This document shows, one piece after another, positions 20,307-31,250 of a stretch of 64,000 nucleotides of DNA (its first letter is position 1; every line of letters begins with the position of its first letter). The DNA is from Ilumatobacteraceae bacterium. Lineage in GTDB: Bacteria > Actinomycetota > Acidimicrobiia > Acidimicrobiales > Ilumatobacteraceae. Position numbers and translations under genes: made by a program. The stretch lies in contig CAVTBY010000013.1 in NCBI GenBank assembly GCA_963733085.1, positions 2,809 to 66,808 on the forward strand. Direction: 5' to 3'. Below the pieces are notes generated by a model. It was given only the letters and a program-made list of their open reading frames with translations, was not told the origin of the DNA and did no database searches.

Positions 20307-22883
20307 CTAACTCTTCATGCGGGTGTCGTCGGGGTCGAACAGCGGCCTGCTGCCGACCCGCGACACGGCGACCGGGAACAGCTCGTTCATGTACATCACG
20401 CGCAGCTCGGTCCCCTCGACGGCCCAACGCGGCGGCAGGTACGCCATCAACAGATAGGCATCGAGCGACGGTGCGGCGCCGGCAGTCGTCACGCGCGAGA
20501 CCCTGCCCTTGGCGTCGACGATGCGCTCGCCGTCGATCGTCAGGATCGGCTCGTTGCCACCGACCGGGTACCGGGGGATGCCGGACGCCGAGGTGTGGTC
20601 GAGCATCGTCAGCGTGCACAGCGTCGCCGCCGGCCCATCGGTCTCCGCCCTGGCGCGGGCGGTGAGGTAGGCGTCCTTGCCGATGAAGTCCGCCGACTTC
20701 ACCTTCGGGCGGGCGAGGCCGGCCTCGACGGGGTCGTACTCGCTCTCCAGCTCGGCGCCCATCAACCGATAACCCTTCTCGATCCGCCCTGTCACGGCGT
20801 ACACACCGATGCCGACGGGAACGATGCCGAACTCCTCGCCGGCCGCGGCGATCGTGTCCCACAGGCGCACGCCGTGCTCCATGCTCGTGTAGATCTCCCA
20901 TCCGTTCTCGCCGACGTAGGAGATGCGGAACAGCGTGCAGGGAATGCCGTCGACGAGCAGATCGCGGACCGAGCCGTACGGGAATGCAGTCTGGGAAACG
21001 TCGACAACTCCGGATCCGCGACGGTCGGGCGTCGCCACGTTGGCCAGCACCGCGGCAGCATTCGGACCCCACAGTCCAAGCGTGCACAGCGACTGCGAAC
21101 GGTCGGTGAACGACACGGAGCCGTCCGTCGGCAGGTACTTGCGGAACCAATACTGATCGCGGCCGCCGTCGAACGCTCCCGTGATGATCCGGAAGTGCTC
21201 CGCACCGAGACGCTGGATCGTCAGGTCGCCGCGGAAGCCACCCGCCGGGGTCAGCAACGGGGTGTAGACCGATTTGCCGACGGCGACGTCGACGTTGTTG
21301 ACGACGATGTACTGCAACGCATCAACGGCACCGGAGCCCTCGATGTCGAACTCATTGAAGGCGGTGAGGTCGACCATCCCGACGCTGTCCCGCATCGCGA
21401 GGTGCTCGGCGTTGGTGATCGGCGACCACCATCGCGCGTCCCACTCGTGCGGGCGCGGCGCGTTGGCCGCGGGGAAGCGCTCGAACAAGTCGGCGTTGCT
21501 CTCGTACCACTGCGGGCGCTCCCACCCTCGCGCGTCGAAGAACACCGCCCCGAGGGCCTCTTCGCGGGGGTAGAACGGGCTGCGCCGCATCCCCCGCTCG
21601 CTCCCCCACTGCTCGCGCGGGTGGACGATGCCGTAGGTCTTGTTGTAGTGCTCGGCGCAGCGGGCGAGGATGTGGTGCTGGGTGCGCTCGTGCGGGTAGA
21701 AGCGGCTGATGTCGCTGCTGTGCGGGTCGCAGAGGTGCGGATACCCGTAGGTCATCCACTCGGCGACGAGCTGGGCAATGCCGGGACCCTCTTTGATCCA
21801 CACCGCCGCCGCGCTCCAGAGATTGGCGACCTCGACGGTCTCGCCGAGCACGGGCATCGCGTCGGGCGTCAGCGACAGCAGCCCGTTGATGGCATAGCGG
21901 ATCTCGGCGGTCTCGAGGATCTCGCCCATCAGTTCGAGGGCGCCTTCTAGCTGGGGATCGAAGTCGTCGGCAGTGAACGGAAGCTCGGTCGGGCTGAGCG
22001 CCGATTCCTCGTTCGAAGGGATGTCGTCAGGGTGGTGGAAGATCGGCCGGTGGGCATACGAGCCGACCTCCATCGACCCGGCGGACTGCCGCTCGTAGCA
22101 GAACGTGTCCATGTCGCGGACGATCGGGTAGGCGACTTCTTTGCCGCTCGCCTGGAGCACGTCGATCGGACCGACGTCGGCCATCTGGTGAACTGCCGGC
22201 GTGAGCGGGATCGTCGCCCCGGCCATCGCCGCGATGCGCGGGCTCCACACCCCACAGGCGATCGCTACGTGCTCGCACTCGATGCGCCCCTTGTCAGTGA
22301 CGACGGCGCGCACCATCGACCGGCCAGCTGCCGGCTCCACCTCGATTTCGAGGACCTCGGTCGTGGCGAACACCTGCAGGGCGCCTTTGGCGACCGCCTC
22401 CTCGCGCATCAGCGTCCCACTGCCGAGCGAGTCGACCACCGACACACTCGGGCTGTAGAAGCCGCCGAGGATCACGCTGGCGTCGACGAAGGGGACGAGG
22501 TCTTTGACCTCGGCGGGCGCCAACAGTCGAGCATCGATTCCCCACGCCATCGCCGAAGTCATCCGCCGGTTGAACTCTTCCATCCGTTCGGCGGTGCGGG
22601 CAACCTCAATCCCCCCGCACGTCGAGTTCATGTCCATCGCCACGTACTGGCGCTGGCTCTCCAACGTCAGCAGTGCCATCTCCTTGTTGTGATCGGTGGG
22701 GAAGATGAAGTTGGACGCGTGGCCGGTCGATCCACCGGGGTTGGGCAAGGGTCCCTTGTCGACCTGCACGAGGTCGGTCCAGCCGAGCCGGGCGAGATGG
22801 CCGACGAGGCAGTTGCCGACGATCCCGGCGCCGATGACGACGCATTTCGCCTGTACCGGCAACGCCGGCCGCTCATCTGCCAC
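20307..22883 (-). CDS. FAD-dependent dehydrogenase with GcvT folate-binding domain (dimethylglycine/sarcosine dehydrogenase-like)
   Basis: GAGIVG, GSTGHAS (covalent-FAD His position), TPD, GWERPQW, RISYVGE.GWEIY, RIEKGY; coupled to etfBA. Confidence 0.88.
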   Translation of the reverse strand: MADERPALPVQAKCVVIGAGIVGNCLVGHLARLGWTDLVQVDKGPLPNPGGSTGHASNFIFPTDHNKEMALLTLESQRQYVAMDMNSTCGGIEVARTAERMEEFNRRMTSAMAWGIDARLLAPAEVKDLVPFVDASVILGGFYSPSVSVVDSLGSGTLMREEAVAKGALQVFATTEVLEIEVEPAAGRSMVRAVVTDKGRIECEHVAIACGVWSPRIAAMAGATIPLTPAVHQMADVGPIDVLQASGKEVAYPIVRDMDTFCYERQSAGSMEVGSYAHRPIFHHPDDIPSNEESALSPTELPFTADDFDPQLEGALELMGEILETAEIRYAINGLLSLTPDAMPVLGETVEVANLWSAAAVWIKEGPGIAQLVAEWMTYGYPHLCDPHSSDISRFYPHERTQHHILARCAEHYNKTYGIVHPREQWGSERGMRRSPFYPREEALGAVFFDARGWERPQWYESNADLFERFPAANAPRPHEWDARWWSPITNAEHLAMRDSVGMVDLTAFNEFDIEGSGAVDALQYIVVNNVDVAVGKSVYTPLLTPAGGFRGDLTIQRLGAEHFRIITGAFDGGRDQYWFRKYLPTDGSVSFTDRSQSLCTLGLWGPNAAAVLANVATPDRRGSGVVDVSQTAFPYGSVRDLLVDGIPCTLFRISYVGENGWEIYTSMEHGVRLWDTIAAAGEEFGIVPVGIGVYAVTGRIEKGYRLMGAELESEYDPVEAGLARPKVKSADFIGKDAYLTARARAETDGPAATLCTLTMLDHTSASGIPRYPVGGNEPILTIDGERIVDAKGRVSRVTTAGAAPSLDAYLLMAYLPPRWAVEGTELRVMYMNELFPVAVSRVGSRPLFDPDDTRMKS

Positions 22884-22914
22884 TGCTCACTCCTTGCCGA
22901 CGTCGACTCGATGC

Positions 22915-22953
22915 TGTCACGTGACGTTCGAATTGTTCGAACCTGACGTGACA
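22915..22953. repeat. palindrome with 18-bp arms (16/18 match) upstream of the dehydrogenase
   Basis: TGTCACGTGACGTTCGAA-TTG-TTCGAACCTGACGTGACA. Confidence 0.6.
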
Positions 22954-22962
22954 ACCTCGGGA

Positions 22963-24894
22963 TCAGTGCGTCGGCGGCGGGGGTTGGAGGCGCTCGGCGA
23001 GACCCTGGGTGAGGCGATCGAGGACCATCGCCATCAGGGTGAGGGCGAGGGCGACCTCGACGCCGCGGCCGATCTCGACACGGGTGAACGTGTCAACGAT
23101 GAGATAGCCGAGCGCTCCGCCGCCGGTCAGCCCGGCGATGATCACCATCGCCACGACCATCAGGATCACCTGGTTTACGGCGAGCATGATGGCCGGCAGG
23201 GCGAGGGGGATGCGCACCCCCCAGAGCAGCTGACGACCAGATGCCCCGAATGTCGTCGCCGCCTCGACCGTTGACTCCGGCACGGAGTGCACACCCAACG
23301 CGGTGACCCGGATGCCGGGCGGGACTGCGTAGATCACCGAGGCGATGATCCCCCCGGGGACGATGCCGACATCGAAGATCGTCACGAACGGGATCGCGTA
23401 GACGAGGGGCGGGACCGTCTGGAAACCGTCCAGCACCGGCCCGATCGCCGCGCCGAACCGCGGCCGAAGGCCGGCGAGCACACCGATCGGCACGGCGATG
23501 ACCATCGCCAGCGTCACCGCCATGCACACCATGACGAGGGTGACCAGGGCAGCTTCCCAGAGGCCGACGAGGCCGATCGCCGTGACGGCGAGGCCGCAGA
23601 ACAGAGCCAGCCGCCAACCCCGAATGGCATAACCGGCCAGCGTCGCTCCGATGATCAGCACGGGCCAGGCGACGGACTCATTCAGCCATGACGAGACGCG
23701 AACGTGGACGTCGCGCACAAGGAATTCGTTGATCCACTTCGTCTGATCCCGCCAGTTGTCACGCACCCACGCGACTGCGTCATTCAGCGAATCTGCCCAC
23801 GTGACACCCCAGTCGGCCGGGAACTCCGTCCACCCCGCCTGCCGGCCGACGACGATGGCGATGGTGACGGCGAGGGCACCGAGCGACCACTCCACTCGAT
23901 GCTGGTCGTGTCGCCCGGCGCGCTTCTGGGTGCCCTGGATGAACGAGCGGCTGACCCGGTCGAGCATCACGGCGACCGCGACGATCGCGACGCCGACGAC
24001 GAGGCCGCGCCCGGGTGATCGCAGGCGGAGCGTCTCCAGTGCTTCCTGACCCAGGCCGCCGGCGCCGACGAGGGCGGCGATGACGATGATGCCCAGTGCC
24101 ATGTTGATCGTCTGGTTGACGCCGGTCATGATCGACGGAACCGCCTGGGGCAGCTGCACCTTGAACAGCAACTGACGCCGCGTCGACCCGAACACGTGCC
24201 CCGCTTCGACCGTCTCGAAGGGCACTTGGCGGATCCCCAATGCGGTCAGGCGGACCACGGGCGCCATCGCGTACACAACGGTGGCGACGGCGGCGGGCAC
24301 GGGTCCGATACCGAAGAACAGCACAGCCGGCACGAGGAACGCGGTCGATGGCACGGTCTGCATGGCGTCGAGCACCGGACGCAGGAAGGCGTAGAAGCGA
24401 CGGTTGAGGCCCGCCGCGACGCCCAGCGGCACACCGATCAGCACGCAGATGGCCACGGTGACGAGCATCAAGGCGAGCGTTTCCATCGTCGGCTGCCATA
24501 GCCCGAACATGCCCGGCAGGGCGATTGCCGCCGCGGCCAGGATCGCTGTCACCCAATGGCCGGTGCGGCCAATCACCACCAGCACGGCAAGGGGTAGGGC
24601 GAACCACGGCAGCGTCTGGAGTTGCTCGGCGAACGTCTCCAGTGCCCAGTCGACGACGTCGCTGATCGGCTGGAAGAAGTACACGAAGACCGGGTGTGTG
24701 CGCTGGTTGTCGCGGACCCAAGCGTGAAAGTCGTCGATCGGGTCAGCGAGATTGATGTTCCAATTGTCCGGAAAGCCGCCGACCTCGCGCAGAGCGATGG
24801 CGACGGCGACGAACGCAGTGACACCCATCGCCGGGAGCCAGCGACTGAGATCGCGTCGCCGCGGGATCGACGGGCTGACAGCGGTTGTCGTCAC
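22963..24894 (-). CDS. glycine betaine/choline ABC permease (duplicated ProW-type domains)
   Basis: Two copies of LD..QTVP...EA...FG...QLL..V..P.A.P.IM..VNQ. Confidence 0.9.
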   Translation of the reverse strand: MTTTAVSPSIPRRRDLSRWLPAMGVTAFVAVAIALREVGGFPDNWNINLADPIDDFHAWVRDNQRTHPVFVYFFQPISDVVDWALETFAEQLQTLPWFALPLAVLVVIGRTGHWVTAILAAAAIALPGMFGLWQPTMETLALMLVTVAICVLIGVPLGVAAGLNRRFYAFLRPVLDAMQTVPSTAFLVPAVLFFGIGPVPAAVATVVYAMAPVVRLTALGIRQVPFETVEAGHVFGSTRRQLLFKVQLPQAVPSIMTGVNQTINMALGIIVIAALVGAGGLGQEALETLRLRSPGRGLVVGVAIVAVAVMLDRVSRSFIQGTQKRAGRHDQHRVEWSLGALAVTIAIVVGRQAGWTEFPADWGVTWADSLNDAVAWVRDNWRDQTKWINEFLVRDVHVRVSSWLNESVAWPVLIIGATLAGYAIRGWRLALFCGLAVTAIGLVGLWEAALVTLVMVCMAVTLAMVIAVPIGVLAGLRPRFGAAIGPVLDGFQTVPPLVYAIPFVTIFDVGIVPGGIIASVIYAVPPGIRVTALGVHSVPESTVEAATTFGASGRQLLWGVRIPLALPAIMLAVNQVILMVVAMVIIAGLTGGGALGYLIVDTFTRVEIGRGVEVALALTLMAMVLDRLTQGLAERLQPPPPTH

Positions 24895-25928
24895 AGCGGC
24901 AGGGTCGTTGGCCGTTCCCGCGCCAGCATCTCTGCGACGCCGGCCGCATCGACGCTGCCGACCGTTTCGCCGTCGCTGTTGTGGACGGCGATCGGCGACG
25001 GATCAGCGAGCAACATCGGGATCAGGTCGGCCACTTTGGCCGTTGCGTCGGTGTGACGAGCACAGTCGCGTGCCGCCCCCATGACGCTCTGCGCGGTCAG
25101 CACTTCGGCTTGAGGGACGTGCGTCGTGAACTCACGCACGTAATTGGTTGCCGGATTGGCAACGACTTCCTCCGGGGTACCGATCTGGTCGAGCACGCCG
25201 TCTTTCATGATCGCGATGCGGTCGCCGAGCCGCAGCGCCTCGTCGAAGTCATGGGTGATGAACACCATCGTCCGTGGTCGCCGCAACTGCATCGCGCACA
25301 GCTCGTCCTGCATGTCCCGGCGAATCAGCGGATCGAGCGCCGAGAACGGCTCGTCGAAGAACAGCACCTGGGGGTCGAGCACGAGCGCCCGGGCAAGGCC
25401 GACGCGCTGCTGCATGCCCCCCGACAACTGCTGGGGATAGTGGTTCGCCCAGGGGCCGAGGCCCACCGTTTCGAGCACGGCCGCCGCCTGCTGCCGACGC
25501 GCCGACTTCGGCACGCGTTGGACTTCTAGCCCGTAGGCGACGTTGTCGATGACCTTGCGGTGCGGGAACAGCCCGAAGTGCTGGAACACCATCGAGAGCT
25601 TCGTGCGACGCAAGGTGCGCAAGGCGGCGGCGTCCATCGCGGTGACTTCGTCGCCGTCGATGCGCACCGTGCCTGAGGTCGGTTCGATGAGTCGTGACAG
25701 ACAACGGATCAACGTCGACTTGCCACTGCCGGACAAGCCCATGACCACGAACGTCTCGCCGCGCTCGACGTCGAAGGACATGTCGCGGACGGCGATGGTC
25801 TGCCCGGTGACCCCTTGGATCTCCTGCCGCGACGCTCCGGCCGTGGCCATCTCGATCGCCCGCCGATGATCGCCGCTGCCGAACACCTTCCACAGGTTGG
25901 CGACCTCGACCACCGTGTCGCGCGACAT
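24891..25928 (-). CDS. proV: glycine betaine ABC ATP-binding protein (ProV/OpuAA-like)
   Basis: GLSGSGKST, LSGGMQQRVGLARAL, DEPFSALDPLIRRDMQDEL. Confidence 0.92.
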   Translation of the reverse strand: MSRDTVVEVANLWKVFGSGDHRRAIEMATAGASRQEIQGVTGQTIAVRDMSFDVERGETFVVMGLSGSGKSTLIRCLSRLIEPTSGTVRIDGDEVTAMDAAALRTLRRTKLSMVFQHFGLFPHRKVIDNVAYGLEVQRVPKSARRQQAAAVLETVGLGPWANHYPQQLSGGMQQRVGLARALVLDPQVLFFDEPFSALDPLIRRDMQDELCAMQLRRPRTMVFITHDFDEALRLGDRIAIMKDGVLDQIGTPEEVVANPATNYVREFTTHVPQAEVLTAQSVMGAARDCARHTDATAKVADLIPMLLADPSPIAVHNSDGETVGSVDAAGVAEMLARERPTTLPL

Positions 25929-25994
25929 GGGCGAAGAGTACTCTCGCCTGGTCTGCGTCAGCCCTTCGACGGCCGTGTTCCGCGTCGCGGGCGG

Positions 25995-26011
25995 GGTCCG
26001 CACTGTGGAAC
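25995..26011. promoter_or_regulatory. putative IclR-family operator between divergent proV and the substrate-binding gene
   Basis: GGTCCGCACTGTGGAAC, a near-palindrome of GTTCCACA-N-TGTGGAAC. Confidence 0.45.
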
Positions 26012-26059
26012 ACTTGGCCAGCGTGGCGGCTCACGGCGAGTCGCCGGAGGAGGACAGGG

Positions 26060-27118
26060 ATGGAGCGCAGAAGGTTCCTGCAGATGATGTCCGCGGCGGC
26101 AGCAGCGGGTGCCGTCGGCACCGTGCCGGCCTGGGCCGTGGCGGCCGGTCGACGCACCCCGACGGCTGGTCGGCGCGTCGTCCGCCGTCCACACAGCGGC
26201 GACCTCCCGGGCATCGTGCTCGTACAGAACCCGTGGACCGCGTCGGCGCTCAACGCCGAGGTCGCCAAGATCCTCATCGAGGAGAACCTCGGCAACAGTG
26301 TCGAGATCACGGCAATCGATGAGAACACGATGTTTGCCGGGCTCGCCGCCGGAGACCTCGACTCGTGTCTCGAGGTCTGGCCGTCGGGCGTCACCGCCGA
26401 GGAGCAGGCATATATCGACGACGCCACCGTGGTCCAGCTGGGTCCACTCGGTGCCGTCGGCCAGATCGGCTGGTACGTGCCGCGATACGTCCAGGAGCAG
26501 TTCCCCGAGACGGTGACCTGGGAGGGTTTCCTCGACCCCGAGGTGGCCAGCCAGTTCGCCAGCGCCGAAACCGGTGATCTCGGCCGCTTCCTCGGCACGG
26601 ATCCGTCCTACTCGCAGTACGACGAGGCGATCATCGAGAATCTCGGCCTGCCGCTGCAAGTCGTCTTCTCCGGATCGGAGGCCGCCACCGTCGCGGCGCT
26701 CGACTCGGCGGTCGCGGCCGAGGAGCCGATCCTGATGTACTGGTGGGTGCCGACGGCGGCGGCGGCGAAGTACGACCTCGTCCCCGTCGAGCTGCCGGAG
26801 TACACCGACGAGTGCTACGCCGACCCGGCGGAAATCGCCTGCGCATATCCCGAGGACGTGCTCGTCAAGATTGCTGGCGCCCATCTCGCCGACAAGGACC
26901 CGGCGGTGAACAACCTCCTCGCCTGGTTCACATTGACCAACGAGGATCAGTCCTCGATGCTGCCGGCCGTCGAGATCGACGGCGAGCCAGCGGCAGAGAT
27001 CGCCGCCCAGTGGGTCGCCGACAACGAAGCGGTGTGGTCCGAGTGGCTGTCGGGAGACCCGCCGCCGTCGGTGCCGCCCTCGTCGACACCCGCGACCGCC
27101 CCGGCCACGACGGGCTGA
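26060..27118 (+). CDS. glycine betaine ABC substrate-binding protein (Tat signal)
   Basis: ERRRFLQ twin-arginine signal; NPWTAS, LEVW, GWYVP.YV, YWWVP. Confidence 0.88.
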   Translation: MERRRFLQMMSAAAAAGAVGTVPAWAVAAGRRTPTAGRRVVRRPHSGDLPGIVLVQNPWTASALNAEVAKILIEENLGNSVEITAIDENTMFAGLAAGDLDSCLEVWPSGVTAEEQAYIDDATVVQLGPLGAVGQIGWYVPRYVQEQFPETVTWEGFLDPEVASQFASAETGDLGRFLGTDPSYSQYDEAIIENLGLPLQVVFSGSEAATVAALDSAVAAEEPILMYWWVPTAAAAKYDLVPVELPEYTDECYADPAEIACAYPEDVLVKIAGAHLADKDPAVNNLLAWFTLTNEDQSSMLPAVEIDGEPAAEIAAQWVADNEAVWSEWLSGDPPPSVPPSSTPATAPATTG

Positions 27119-27182
27119 TCGTTCTGGGCGGCGTCCAGTCCGGAAGTCGGGGGTTCGGCCGCGCAGATCGCGATCTGAACCG

Positions 27183-27923
27183 ATGAGCAACGTCCAGTCG
27201 GTCGAGCGGGCCGTCGCCATCTTGCGGTGCCTCGCCGGTGCTGAAGCCGGAGTCACGCAGATCGCCGAAGTCGTCGACCTCCCCAAGAGCACGGTGTCGC
27301 GCCTGCTGTCGACGCTGCAAGCCCTCGGGGCCGTCGTTCAGACCGCAGATGGGTTCCGGATCGGTCCGCTGATTGGCGACCTGGCGAACGGCACCGGTCG
27401 GCACGACGATCTCATCACCCTCGCCCGGCCGATCCTCGCCGCGCTCGTCGATTGGAGTGGCGAGGACGCCGGTCTGGCGGTGCTCGATCACGACACGGCG
27501 CTCTATCTCGCCCAAGTCAGCGCCACCGGAGAAGTCCAGATGCGGGACTGGACGGGCGAACGTGTCCCGCCACACTGCGTCTCGTCCGGGCTGGTGCTGC
27601 TGGCCAACGCTCCCGAGGCGGATCGCGAGCGGATCCTCGCGGGACCGCTGCCCCGCCTGACCCCGCAAACGGTCGTCGCCCCGGCGAAGCTCCGTCGGCG
27701 CGTCGCGGCGATCCGCCGTCGCGGCAGCGAGTGGGTCTACGGGGAGTTCGCCACCGATATCAACTCGGTCGCCGCACCCGTGGTCGGCGCCGACGGCCAC
27801 GCCATCGCCGCGTTGCACATCCATGGGCCGTCCTACCGCTTTCCCGGCGACGCCGACCCGGAGGAGATCGCCGCCAGGGTGGTCGGCGCCGCGCAGCAAT
27901 TCAGTCGCCGGCTGGCGCGATGA
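27183..27923 (+). CDS. IclR family transcriptional regulator
   Basis: [11 protein letters not shown]...[12 protein letters not shown]; SSGLVLLA; SVAAPV. Confidence 0.95.
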   Translation: MSNVQSVERAVAILRCLAGAEAGVTQIAEVVDLPKSTVSRLLSTLQALGAVVQTADGFRIGPLIGDLANGTGRHDDLITLARPILAALVDWSGEDAGLAVLDHDTALYLAQVSATGEVQMRDWTGERVPPHCVSSGLVLLANAPEADRERILAGPLPRLTPQTVVAPAKLRRRVAAIRRRGSEWVYGEFATDINSVAAPVVGADGHAIAALHIHGPSYRFPGDADPEEIAARVVGAAQQFSRRLAR

Positions 27924-29603
27924 GGTCGTCCTACGACTTCGTCATCGTCGGCGGTGGGTCGGCCGGCTGCGTTCTCGCCAACCGGCTCAGCGCCGACCCG
28001 GCCACGAGCGTTCTCGCGCTCGAGGCCGGGCGGCCCGATTACCGGTGGGACGTGCTGATCCACATGCCGGCGGCGCTGATGATGCCGAGCGGAAACCGCT
28101 TCTACGACTGGCGGTACGAGAGCGAGCCGGAGCCGTTCATGGCGGGAAGGAAGATCTCCCACACGAGGGGCAGGGTGCTCGGTGGCTCGTCGAGCATCAA
28201 CGGGATGATCTTCCAGCGCGGCAATCCGCTCGACTACGAGCGTTGGGCGGCCGATCCCGGTATGGACGAGTGGGACTACGCCCACTGCCTCCCTTATTTC
28301 AAGCGGATGGAGGACTGCCGTGCCGGCGCCGACGACTATCGGGGAGCCGGTGGACCGCTCCTGCTCGAGCGAGGCGAGGCGAGCAACCCGCTGTTCGGCG
28401 CCTTCTTCGACGCAGTCCAGCAAGCCGGCTACGAGCTGACCGACGATGTCAACGGCTACCGCCAGGAGGGATTTGCCCGCTTCGACCGGAACGTCCACAA
28501 CGGCCGCCGGCTCAGCGCGGCGGGCGCGTACTTGCACCCCGTGATGGACAGGCCGAACCTCGACGTGGTCACGCGAGCGACCGTGATGGGAGTTCGCTTC
28601 GACGGGCTGCGGGCCACCGGCGTCGAGTACCGCACGTGGAGGGGTACACCGCACGTCGTGACCGCCGGCGAGGTGATCCTCTGCGGTGGGGCGTTCAACT
28701 CGCCGCAGTTGCTCCAGGTGTCGGGGGTCGGTGATGCCGACCACCTGCGCAGCGTCGGTGTGCCGGTCGTCCACCACCTGCCTGGCGTCGGTGCCAACCT
28801 GCAGGACCACCTCGAGGTCTATGTCCAGCACGCGGCAAGCCAGCCGGTGTCGCTCAACCCGCTGCTGGCGTGGCGACGGCGGCCGTGGATCGGGCTTCAG
28901 TGGCTCGCCCGGCGCGGCCCCGGCACGACGAACCACTTCGAGGCCGGCGGGTTCGTCCGCAGCAACGACGAGGTCGCCTACCCGAACCTGATGTTCCACT
29001 TCCTGCCCATCGCCGTGCGCTACGACGGGTCTCGGCCACCCGCCCCGCACGGCTACCAGGTTCATGTCGGGCCGATGTACTCCGACGTGCGCGGCTCGGT
29101 CCGCATCACCGCGCCCGACGCGAGGGTCAAGCCGGCGCTGCGTTTCAACTACCTGTCGACGCCGAACGACCGCCGCGAGTGGGTCGAGGCGATCGGCGTC
29201 GCCCGTGACATCCTCGGCCAGCGTGCGTTCGCCCCGTTCGACGCCGGCGAGGTGTCGCCAGGTCCGGACGTGCGCGACGGACGAGGAGATCCTCGACTGG
29301 GTGGCACGAGACGCCGAGACCGCACTGCACCCGTCGTGCACGTGCGCGATGGGTGTGGGCGATCAGTCGGTCGTCGACCCGCGCACGTTGCGCGTCCACG
29401 GCATCGATGGGCTGCGCGTCGTCGACGCTTCCGTGATGCCGTACGTCACCAACGGCAACATCTACGCCCCGGTGATGATGATCGCCGAGAAGGCCGCCGA
29501 CCTGATCCTCGGCAACCCGCCACTGGCGCCTGACCGCGTGCGTTTCTACCGTCATGCCGACGGACCGACTCGTTCCACGATGCGGGCGGGTTCCGGATCG
29601 TGA
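27920..29603 (+). CDS. betA: choline dehydrogenase (GMC oxidoreductase), frameshift near 29273
   Basis: [50 protein letters not shown], then ETALHPSCT and [16 protein letters not shown]. Confidence 0.92.
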
Positions 29604-29615
29604 GAAGCTGGTGAC

Positions 29616-30338
29616 GTGACGGACGAGCAAGAGATCGATCTCGCCCTGTTGTCGGACGAGGATCTCGTCAAGCAGATGCACGACGATCTCTACGACGGGC
29701 TTGCCGATGAGATCGTCGAGGGGACGACGATCCTTCTCGATCGTGGCTGGAGCGCCGACCGCGTGCTCGACGAGTCACTCGTCGAGGGGATGCGCATCGT
29801 CGGCATCGACTTCCGTGATGGCATCCTCTTCGTCCCCGAGGTTCTGCTCGCCGCCAACGCGATGAAGGCCGGGATGGCGATCCTCCGCCCGCTGCTCGCC
29901 GAGACCGGGGCCGAGCCGATCGGGAAGGTCGTGATCGGCACCGTCAAGGGCGACATCCACGACATCGGCAAGAACCTCGTGGCGATGATGCTCGAGGGTG
30001 CTGGCTTCGAGGTCTTCGACATCGGCATCAACAGCGACGTCGACAAGTACCTCGCCGCCATCGAGGAGCACAAGCCGGACATCCTCGGCCTCTCGGCACT
30101 GCTGACGACGACGATGCCGTACATGAAGGTCGTCGTCGACACACTCGTGAGCAAGGGGATGCGCGACGACTACATCGTGCTCGTCGGCGGTGCTCCGCTC
30201 AATGAGGACTTCGGCAAGGCGGTCGGTGCCGACGCCTACTGCCGCGACGCCTCCGTCGCTGCCGAGACGGCGACCCAGCTGGTCACCGCCCGCCGTGCCC
30301 GCCTTGCGAACGAGCCACCGGGTCCATCGGTGCGATGA
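29616..30338 (+). CDS. stand-alone corrinoid (B12-binding) protein
   Basis: Cap domain MHDDLYDGL...GMRIVGIDFRDGILFVPEVL; GTVKGDIHDIGKNLV (DxHxxG); LSALLTTTM; GGAP. Confidence 0.95.
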   Translation: MTDEQEIDLALLSDEDLVKQMHDDLYDGLADEIVEGTTILLDRGWSADRVLDESLVEGMRIVGIDFRDGILFVPEVLLAANAMKAGMAILRPLLAETGAEPIGKVVIGTVKGDIHDIGKNLVAMMLEGAGFEVFDIGINSDVDKYLAAIEEHKPDILGLSALLTTTMPYMKVVVDTLVSKGMRDDYIVLVGGAPLNEDFGKAVGADAYCRDASVAAETATQLVTARRARLANEPPGPSVR

Positions 30339-30943
30339 CGAGAAACCCAACGCCCCTAGTCATCGCCTGTGGCGCGTTGGCCACGGAGTTGCGCGTGGTG
30401 CTCGCCGGGCAGGGGCTCGATGACATCGAGATTCGATTCCTCCCAGCCAATCTGCACAACCGTCCGGAACGGATCGTGCCAGCCATTCGCGAGTTGATCG
30501 ATGCCGAGGCGTTGGGCCGGACCGTTTTCATCGCCTACGCCGATTGCGGCACTGGCGGAGCGCTGGACGCATTTCTCCGCGATCACCCTCAGATCCACCG
30601 ACTGCCCGGCGCACACTGCTACGAGTTCTTCGCCGGCAGTGACCGGTTCTCCGCGTTGCACGACGCCGAGCCGGGAACGTTCTACCTCACCGATTTTCTG
30701 GCCAAGCACTTCGATGCCCTCGTCTGGCAGGGACTCGGGCTCGACCGCCATCCGTCGCTGCGTGACCAGTACTTCGCCAACTACCGCCGTCTCGTCCTGT
30801 TGTCCCAGAGTGACGATCCCGCCGTGCTCGAAGCCGCCACCGCCGCCGCCGATCGCCTCGGGCTCGAGTTCCGCCATGAGCACACCGGGCTCGACCAGTT
30901 CAGCGCGGCGGTCGCCATCGGGCTTCGCCCCAAGGTCGCGTGA
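30335..30943 (+). CDS. DUF1638 domain protein
   Basis: IACGALA.E, PANLHNRPERI, YADCGTGG, GAHCYEFF, FYLTDFL, GLGLDRHP.LR..YF.NY. Confidence 0.88.
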   Translation: MTRNPTPLVIACGALATELRVVLAGQGLDDIEIRFLPANLHNRPERIVPAIRELIDAEALGRTVFIAYADCGTGGALDAFLRDHPQIHRLPGAHCYEFFAGSDRFSALHDAEPGTFYLTDFLAKHFDALVWQGLGLDRHPSLRDQYFANYRRLVLLSQSDDPAVLEAATAAADRLGLEFRHEHTGLDQFSAAVAIGLRPKVA

Positions 30944-30944
30944 C

Positions 30945-31250
30945 ATGCCTCGACAGCGCAACGAAGTCGTTGTCATCATGTGGCGGGACATTCCCGCCCA
31001 GGTCAACGGCCAGGCTGGGCGAGTCCGGCACCAAGTTGTGCTCGATGCGAAGTTCCAGCGGGCGATCGACCGGGCCAAGCGCAAGGCGCGCATCGTCACC
31101 GCCCAGGACGACGTCGCCCAGTGGCGCCGCGTCAGCACGCCCTGCGACGGCGATCCAGCGCAAGCTGCCCAGGACACGGCCGACCGGCTCGCCGCCGAGT
31201 ACTCCGAGGAACGCCTCGGCAAGCTCGCCTACAACGGCGGCTCGGAATGA
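30945..31250 (+). CDS. Virulence_fact (PF13769)-like small protein
   Basis: WRDIPAQV...FQRAIDRA...QWRR...L..EY..ERL..L..NGG. Confidence 0.82.
   Translation: MPRQRNEVVVIMWRDIPAQVNGQAGRVRHQVVLDAKFQRAIDRAKRKARIVTAQDDVAQWRRVSTPCDGDPAQAAQDTADRLAAEYSEERLGKLAYNGGSE

Noticed and set aside
30945-31250. Virulence function for the PF13769 protein
   Set aside because: The name is historical; the context points to corrinoid/C1 metabolism.
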